Shown here piece by piece: positions 55,036 to 64,000 of a stretch of DNA of 64,000 nt; positions within the stretch are counted from its first letter, which is position 1; each line of letters begins with the position of its first letter. The notes beneath the pieces were generated by a model that did not search any database, had not been told where the DNA came from, and saw only the letters and a list, made by a program, of their open reading frames with translations. A program made the translations under genes and the position numbers. This stretch comes from the human T2T-CHM13v2.0 reference genome, Homo sapiens: NCBI RefSeq assembly GCF_009914755.1, contig NC_060932.1. One strand, written 5' to 3'.

Positions 55036-57509
55036 AAGATTGATTTTGAGATGAGATCATTCTAGATTACTCAGGTGGACCCTAAATCCAAAGATAATCA
55101 TCTTTATAGGAGACAAAAGAGAAGACATAGAGAAGAGGAGAAGGCCATGTGAAGACAGAGGTAGAGATTGAAGTGGTGTTGCCATGAGCCAAACAAGGTC
55201 TGGGTCCATCGGAAGCTGGAAGAGGTGAGACTGGAGTCTCCCCTGGAACAGTCGGAGGGAGCGCCCTGCTGACACCTTGACTTCAGACATCTGGCCTCCA
55301 GAGCTAGGGGAGAACACATTTAAGTTAAGTCAGTAAGTTTTCAGTAATCTGTTACTGCAGCCCTAGGAAACTAATTCAGCAGTGTTACTGGAGCTTGAGT
55401 TGGAACCAGAGCAAGCACATGGAGCTGGAGCTGGAACCAGAGCAAGCATGTCTACTGGGAGCTAGAATTTCAGAGGGGTCAGAGCCACTTCTTCAAAACC
55501 ATTCAATGCAGGGAGGGAGGACAAGACCCTGGTTTCTGCTTTCCCACCCCCATTTTCTGCCAGAGCTGCTCACTGGTTGGTATCAGCCCTAGGTCAGCTG
55601 ACACAGGAGCCTAGAGAAGTCAGTTCCCACCATGCAGAGAAGAGTCAGGGAGAATGAAGAAGTTGTCCGAGGGCCACAGGCTCAGAGGCAGCATATTATG
55701 GAACACACTGGGTAAGCAAAGCTTGGTATATCAGGAAATCTTCACAGAGAAGATAACATTTAAGCTTAATCTAGACAAATGAGAAGAAATTCATTAGGCA
55801 ATGGAGGAAAGGCATCCAAAGGTTGGGAGAAGCACATGCAAACTCAAGTTCATAACCCCATGCCATCTTCTTTTCCTCCACTTTTGTGCTCATGGTATCT
55901 GAAACACAAATATGGGCAGGATTTAATCTCTAGGGGCAGGCACCCACTCTTCTTCAGGGTAGCAACCTGGGTAATTGGCATAGGATCTAATCTGAAGATT
56001 TAGCCATCTTAGGTGCGGAACAAAGAGGATGTAGAACATTCCACTGGGTATCTCTGGATGAAGTGGCACTCTCCAAATTAGTCTTACAGACAGGGCTCTG
56101 TTAAGAGTTATGTTAAGGCTATGTCAGGTAATTGCCAATCTATAACAAAGCAGTATTATCCTTGCTATTTGGCTTCTCACTTGGCATGCATAAATATCTT
56201 CAGCTCATGTATAAGGAACCCCAATGGAGGTGAAGTAAAGAGTAAGAATTTCAAATCTCGTGCCTATTCCCAGAAACAGATGCTAATTTTTAGATCATAT
56301 GATTTATTCATACATAAACGTCCATTATACAGTTGGAGTTTGCTTCTGAAATTCAAAGCAAATATTGGGCATGGGATAGAGGTTTGAAAGTCATTAGGTA
56401 ATAACTTAAAATATAGGACTGAATGAGAACATTGAGGTAGATGCTAAATGAGGACTAAGGACTTTGCTCTAGGGAATCTCCAGTGATGGGCATACTTCAT
56501 TGCTCTTAGGAAATTCTGCTGCTATTCACTACTCTTCAGTCACCTGCAGCCACCTGCACTCTCCCGCTTTTCCTCAGACCTGAGACAAAGTTATCAATGG
56601 AAGCTTAATTTTAAAACATTAGATAACTCTTTATTGCAATACCTAATCTACCAGGTATTAGAATGGATTAATCAGAAAATAACACTGCCAAGCCTTCAGA
56701 ACTTTTTACCTTTTTTTTAAAATCCACCTATTCTACCTGGATTTCAACCAGAATTGAAGAGAAAAGTTGCTCTTATTTTACTGGAATTGCACCTCCTGCA
56801 ACTATAACTCCATCTTTAAAGGTTCTGCTTTTTATTTCTTGCATATTTAATCCTTCAAATTCTTGCTCAAACAAAAATATAGTGTTATTTCCTCATTTTA
56901 GCTCCCACCTTATGTAACCTCGAAAGGCAAAAGAAGACCTCATCGTAAACTTTCTTTACATGGGGTGTTAGCAAAAGAGGAAGAAAATGCTGCCTTGTCA
57001 ACTAAATAGCACTGGATGGTTACAAATGAATGCAGCCCTCCTAAAGGACAAGCCTGTATCCAGGCAGAGGCTGGCAGTACTACAGCATTGCACATAAACG
57101 AGTGATGCACTGCAGATAAAATGCAAATCAACCTGTCTTCTGGGCAGTGAGCCCGTTCAAGGAAGAAACCTCGCTCTTTACTGAAAGCACACCATCCTTC
57201 TTGTCCACACTCCCCAAGTGCCTGTCATTTCTTCAAGAAAATATTAAATGAAGAACTGGTCTCAGTGAAGGAGTACTGTCGCGGAGGGAGGACTTTGACC
57301 TTTCAAAGCAGTCACCAACCTCCTTTTTCTAGAGACAGAATCAGCTCCATGGATTTAGGTGTAATGGGAATTATTTTTCCTTTCTTAATTCACTTCCGAA
57401 GATATTTATAAAACATCCCAGGTAAATTTGAGAACATCTATGTCCATTTTCTAACCTTTGGAATGATGATTGTAGCTTTAAGATCTATAATTCTATATTA
57501 ACTATGATA

Positions 57510-57830
57510 TTCAAGACAGAAAGGATTTTAGAGATTATCTAGTCTAATGTCATAATATATCCCTAGCAGGCAATTTTCTTTGCAACATGTCTGGAAAGTT
57601 CTGCTTTAAAATGTTCAAGGACAGGAATCCTACCAGCTATTAAAGCAGATCATCTCTTTGAAAGCTCTAGTTGACCGAAAGTCTCTCCTGATAGAAGACT
57701 GAAATATGTATCGCCTATCTCATCCTATGTGCATCACCACCACATACCCTCTACCTGGCTACACTCCATTAAATCACACCTGCTCTTCTACATGAGAGTT
57801 TTTCATGTATTTCAAGGACACTTTTGCTAT
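57510..57830 (-). mobile_element. L3/CR1 remnant
   Basis: gaaaggattttagagattatctagtctaa ... agctctagttgaccgaaagtctctcct. Confidence 0.6.
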
Positions 57831-58044
57831 CACAGACACGTGGCATCCATAGTTGTACATGTAATGGGAAGAATATGCCATACTGTAAAATTGACTAGTA
57901 CAGTGCCTGTCCTACAATGCTGCACCGATTCAATACATGCTAGTGCTTATTTAATAACAATCTCTGAAATTCAAGTAGGATTTTACAATTTAGAGGGACT
58001 TTTAAATTATATTTTATGTAAACGGCTCCACAAAATGAAAATGA

Positions 58045-58387
<343 letters not shown>

Positions 58388-58719
58388 TGAGGATATTTTC
58401 TTATTCAACAATCATCTATCACATGACTAATAAGCGACAAGCACTCTTCTAGGTATTCAAATTGACACTGAGAGAATAAGATGTCTGCTTAACTTCATAT
58501 AGCTTCTTAGCGGGAGATTCAGGAAATCATATAGAAATCTTTGGATATGAAGTCTATGGTCTTTCTACCACATTGCTTATCACTCCAGAGAGAGAGGAAG
58601 ACAGAGCTCTAGGGTTCTTGGCAGTGACAGACAAATAACTCCACCTATGGGCACTTGGCATCCAGTTGGCTTGTTAGTGACCCACTCCTAAATAGGAATT
58701 TACAGTCAACAATTACCAC

Positions 58720-59540
58720 ATATTTGAGAAAAAAATTACTATAAAAGACACAAACCAAAACAGACAAAAAGCAATAGGATGGACACAGAGACAGTATAGG
58801 GAAAATAAATTTAAAATCTGTATTAATAGCCCCCCAAAAATAAAATGTGTTACATTCATAATGTAAAAACAGGCAGCATCGAAAAAGACTACTAAAAGAA
58901 TAACCAACAAGAGATGTTAAGAATTGAAATTTAAAAATGTAAACTTGAAGAAATCTCCCAGAAAATAGAGCTAAAATATAAAGAATTGGAAAAATGGAGA
59001 GAAAAGATCAGAAAATTCAGCAACCTTTGCAGTATGTCCAAGATACAAATAGAAGAGCCACAGAAAGAGAGGACACAGAAAGTGGTGGGTAGGAAATCAC
59101 CCATGGGTTATACTTGAGGGAATCTTTCAAGTTCCTAGATTGGAAGGGCCCATTTCATGCACAGCACAGCAGATAAGCAGTGGCATCATTGTAAAGTTTC
59201 AGAGCATTACAGACTAAGAAAAGATTCTAAAATCTTCACAGAGAAAACTGGTTTCATACAAAGAATCAAGAAGCAGATGGTGTCATGGTGTCACATTACC
59301 CAGTAGCAACATTGGGAGTCAGAAGATCGTGGGCCAATGCTTTTTCTTTTTTTTTTTTTTTATTATACTTTAAGTTCTAGGGTACATGTGCACAACATGC
59401 AGGTTTGTTACATATGTATACATGTGCCAATGCTTTCAAAAAGAGATTTCTTCCAATACAGAATTGTATTCAGCCAAACATTCGATGAGGTATGAGAGTA
59501 AGGGGGAAAAAAAGACATTCTCAGACACTCACGTTATCAG
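58720..59540 (+). mobile_element. Ancient L1ME ORF1-region remnant
   Basis: gaagaaatctcccagaaaatagag...cctagattggaagggccca...aaagattctaaaatcttc. Confidence 0.65.
59344..59429 (-). mobile_element. L1PA4/PA5-like extreme 3' stub
   Basis: poly(T) plus attatactttaagttctagggtacatgtgcacaac...catgtgcca; TSD gccaatgcttt at 59333-59343 and 59426-59436. Confidence 0.95.
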
Positions 59541-59698
59541 ACAAAAATTTAAAAGAAACAAGAACTAGAGAGTAGGGTGTACGACACAAAGGAGAAGCCC
59601 AGAGAATCACCAGGATTAGGGTAGACAGAGATACCAACATGGCAGCAGTGTGCGATAGAAAGAACAGGTTAAAAAACTCTGGGGATCTTTATTTGTTA

Positions 59699-60091
<393 letters not shown>

Positions 60092-60261
60092 TTAAAAGAG
60101 ATTTCATGTATAAATTAATAACAGGAATATAAAACCAATCAAATGGGAAAGGACAATTATTACTTTGAGGAGGGTGATAAGAAACAGAAAGCAACTATGA
60201 CATACTACACGTCTCGGCTATCAAGTACATTTACAACGTGAAGATAAAATGTTTATCTCGC

Positions 60262-60445
60262 TCATTCATTCACAAAGTATTGTCTCTAGACCATCCAAGC
60301 AGCATCATCAACATCTCCTGAAAGCATGGTTGAAATGCTGATTTTCTAGATTTACCTTTTTTAGTCAAAAGAGGGAGTAGCCAGAAATTTGTATTTAAAC
60401 AAGCTCTCAAGATGATTCTGATACATGTAAATTTGAGAATCACTG
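60262..60445. mobile_element. MER5A
   Basis: gtatttaaacaagctctcaagatgattctgatacatgtaaatttgagaatcactg. Confidence 0.82.
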
Positions 60446-61146
60446 ATATAATCAAAATTATAAAATCTATATTAGAGAGGGTGACAAGCTGTTTGCCTGT
60501 GTGTGACTGGGATGAACAGAGGAAAAATTTAGTAACTGATGCTTAAACAAAATGAATAATTAGTAAAATCAAGAAATACCATCTAAGCACGATATTTAAA
60601 TATGCAGAGTCACATCCAGGAGAATTAGCAAAGAGTTCATCACAGTAGCCTTCAGGGTGCTGGGATAGGTGGGACAGAACAGGCTGCTGCTGTAAGCTTT
60701 ATGTACAAGTCCACAGGACAGTTGTGCTCTGAACTATGTATTTGTTTCAATTGATCAAAAGAAAAAGTAAATTACAAAAGGAGCTATGACCTGCTCAGTC
60801 CAGCTGACCTGATGTTCCCCAGCCCACGGAAATTAAGGGTGTTTTCCCTTTTCAAATTATAAAAAGAACATCTGATCTACTTAAAAGACCTTGTTTAAAG
60901 ACATGTAAGAATATTAAATTAAGAATTAAGAATATTTATCTTCATGCATATTCATTTAAAAATCATTCCTACATCATAAACCACAGATCTCATGTTCCAA
61001 AATATTCAGATAAAAATTGGTATTATTTTTAATCCTATAGGTGAGGTTTTTAACTGAATGCCAACCTTTGGGGAAGTGTGGGGGGAAAGCATAGCTTTAA
61101 TTAATAAGCATAGTATAATACATCATATTATATGTATACATACATA

Positions 61147-61502
61147 CATATGCCATGCATCACTTAATGATAGAGCTGTGTTCTGGGAAATACATCATTA
61201 GGTGATTCTGTCATTGTGCTAACATCATATAGTGAACTTACAGAAATCTAGATGTTATAGCCTACTATACACCTAAGCTAATAACTATGTACATACTGTA
61301 TATGGCATAGCCCATTACTCCAGTACTACAAAACTGTACAGCATGTTACTGTATTGAATACTATAGGCAATTGTAACAAAGTAGTAGGTTTTTAAGTATG
61401 TAAACATAGAAAAGGTAGAGTAAAAATGTGGTATTACAATCTCGTGGGACCACTGTCATATGTGGTCCATCAGTGACCAAAATATCATGGGGCACATGAC
61501 TG
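61147..61502 (+). mobile_element. Tigger3a (MER7A-type) TcMar MITE
   Basis: catgcatcacttaatga...gttctgggaaatacatcattaggtgatt ... gggaccactgtcatatgtggtcc...gcacatgactg followed by TA. Confidence 0.88.
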
Positions 61503-63089
61503 TATATATACATATACATTAAACATGCTTGCGCGCGCACACACACATTAAAGATCTCGTTTTATTCTCGTAACCATTTTAGAAAAGTGGTTACCTCCAG
61601 TTTACGGATGAGGAAACGCTGGCTTGAAAAAGTTACCGAAATTGTTTAACATCACACTACCTTTCATGACCTCCTGTTAAACTATATTCAGGTTGTAATT
61701 ATTTGTATTTCAACTAGTCAGATTTTTGTAGCATCTGCAGACACCTAATTGTAAAAGGCAGAGGACCCAATCTTTCTACATTGATGTGAGGAACTCAGTA
61801 AAGTAAAATGAGCAAGTGGCTCTGCAATTTTCTCTTTAACAAACAAAATAAGCTATCGATCATCAAAATGTCGAAGCCAGTTTACTAGTCAGTGGAAATA
61901 TCTTCTTTAATAAAAAGTCAGAAGCAACTCTAAACATAAAAAGCAAATGAGGAAAAATTGAATTCTTCAATCTTATTTTCCTTCTCAGAATTCTGCTGCA
62001 GTTGCCTCCTGGCAGGGTGAACACAGCCCTCTCTGACTCAGTATTAAACCTCCCACCAGAGCCCACCTTGTTTCTTTCCTGTCTTTTTTGGCATACATGC
62101 CTGACTCTAAATAATACAACATGATTAAGGATCAGCCCTGGTTGTGAGAATTGACTGACCAGAGCAGCCCAGGAGATTGTGTAGACACTCAAGCTGACTG
62201 CTGGACTTTTCTCTTTTTAGAAGAAGTATCACCAGAATCATTTATATTCTGCACACACTCAAATCTTCATTCTGGACCTCAGTGTTGTGTATTTCCTGAG
62301 ACAAGGAGCCTAAGGCCCTAACTTTTGAGACAATCTTACATTCCCAGGGTGAGCAGCTTCCTAACCCATGCTTGTGGGTCTCTGACCTCTACTCCCTGGC
62401 CTCCTTTGCTGCTTCCACCTGACTCTCCATTCTGAGTGCAGAGCTTTCTTTTGTCCTAGACAGCTATCCTCAAGCTGATTTACTCCAGACTCACATCTAC
62501 CCTCAAACCCTTATGCTAGGCAAATCAGGAGCAGACACACTTAATTTTCCAGGTGAGCAGGACTTCACAGTAATCTCAGCAACTACTGCAAAGTGACTAT
62601 TAGTGATGATGAAATGGAAATAGCCTGGGTTTAAGAGTGAGACTCACTTGATGTTTTGGGATAGGCTGAAAATAAAAGTGCTTTCTCTTTATATCTGGGT
62701 GTAGCTTGGTTCTTTCTATTGAAGTGAGAGAGGAATTGCAGAATCCTGAGAGACAGGCCAGCTATAATGTTTCACTGTCCCTTTATTACCTCGTAAATAT
62801 AGTGTCAAACATTATCCAAATCATTTCCAGCTCTTTTCCTGGCTTCTGCATAAAGGAAATGACCAGGCATTTCCCCAGAGGCCCAAGCCCCATGACCAGC
62901 TCAGCCTGCTATGCGATAAGGCAGACAGCATGGGGTCACCACTGCTGCACAGCTGTCCCGGCCTGACCTGGCATCCATTCCAATGGGGTGAGAGGGCAGA
63001 AGATTGAGTGGGAGCCATATATTCCAACTCCTTCCATTAGTTCTTTCATGCAAGAATTATGACTACTCAGTACAAGTTCCTATTTCTGT

Positions 63090-63690
63090 TTAAACCTTTT
63101 TTTATTGTGAAATATAAAATATGATCTGCATATAAAAAAGTACATAAAATATAAATGCATGGTTTAATAAATTACTGTAAACATCTCTAAAACCACCTCC
63201 AAGGATGAAAAATAGAACACTGCTTGCACCCTATAAGTACTCAACACACCGTTCTTTATCTAAACTCTCATCTTTATCCTGGAGTAACCCTGACATGACT
63301 TTGAGGGCAATCATCTTGTTTTCCATGATAGTTTTAATATTTATGTATGAATCTCTAATAATATAGTATGGTGTTGTCTATTTTTGACTCTTAAGCAAAT
63401 GGAATTATACATAATTCTGTATAATTATACAGAAATATTATACAAAAGTCTGCATCTTTGGTTTGTGGGTTTTTTTGCTTATTATCATATTTTTGAGATT
63501 CCTTCACATACTCGTGTAATGAATGGTTATCAGATATTCATTCATTTTCATCAGCATAGAGCAAACATTTCCTTATATGAAATATTAAAGCATACCCCTT
63601 CATACTGATGAATATTTGTTGTTGCTTTTTTCTAAGTTGGGTCATTATGAATAATGCTGCTGAGAATATTTTTATACATGCCTCAGGTCA
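63090..63690 (-). mobile_element. L1ME-type 3' end
   Basis: ttttattgtgaaatataa...attatgaataatgctgctgagaatatttttatacatg. Confidence 0.75.
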
Positions 63691-64000
63691 CTCTTTACAT
63701 CATTAAGGGGCACACAAAAAATGAGTAAGCCTGAATCCAAAGCTAAAAGTGACATTTAAAAGGGAATTTTTTAGATACACTTTTTTCTCTTGTTTCAGAT
63801 GTATCAGTGATCCTGAAGAGAAATATGCAGGTCTTTGTTGCCTAACTATTCTATTTACCCCATCTGCTTTCTGTGAGCTGGAAAAATGTTTTTATGACAG
63901 GGTCAGAGAAATCTGGGGTCCTAAAAGCCTTATTTCCTCACAAGTGGGTTCTGGAACTATTGTGCCACCACTCACCAGCAATAAGACTTTGGGAAAGTGA

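Noticed and set aside
55389-55450. Direct repeats as a possible CRISPR-like array
   Set aside because: There are only two adjacent copies with no spacers, inside an LTR remnant in eukaryotic DNA.
57270-57285. ggagtactgtc resembles the GAL4 UAS 17-mer core
   Set aside because: It lacks the CGG-N11-CCG ends, is single copy, and has no vector context, so it is a chance match.

Overview
This looks like primate (most likely human) genomic DNA: AT-rich, CpG-depleted and non-coding, either a large intron or intergenic. I estimate by eye that interspersed repeats cover roughly half or more of it. They include 20 Alu elements (J, S and Y subfamilies, most with readable target-site duplications, TSDs), a ~3 kb 5'-truncated L1PB1-like LINE, several older L1M fragments, two ~90 bp L1PA 3' stubs, MaLR/ERV solo LTRs (THE1, MLT1, MER57, LTR33-like, LTR67-like), DNA-transposon relics (MER85, Tigger3a, MER5A, MER81, Charlie-type), MIR, L2 and L3, plus microsatellites. 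I find no intact protein-coding gene, RNA gene, CpG island or CRISPR array. The ORF track is explained by repeats or by chance, except for the decayed L1 ORF2. I cannot support a new biological system here. The best observations are structural: a MER85 missing exactly its CSB-PGBD3 palindrome, a perfect 19-bp inverted repeat with a template-switch signature, a twin-priming-type inversion in an ancient L1, a 371-bp strictly alternating purine/pyrimidine tract, and a probable L1-insertion-mediated deletion. There are also a few candidate enhancers and exons in repeat-free DNA. Repeat subfamily names come from remembered consensus sequences and need RepeatMasker/Dfam confirmation; boundaries of old repeats are approximate.
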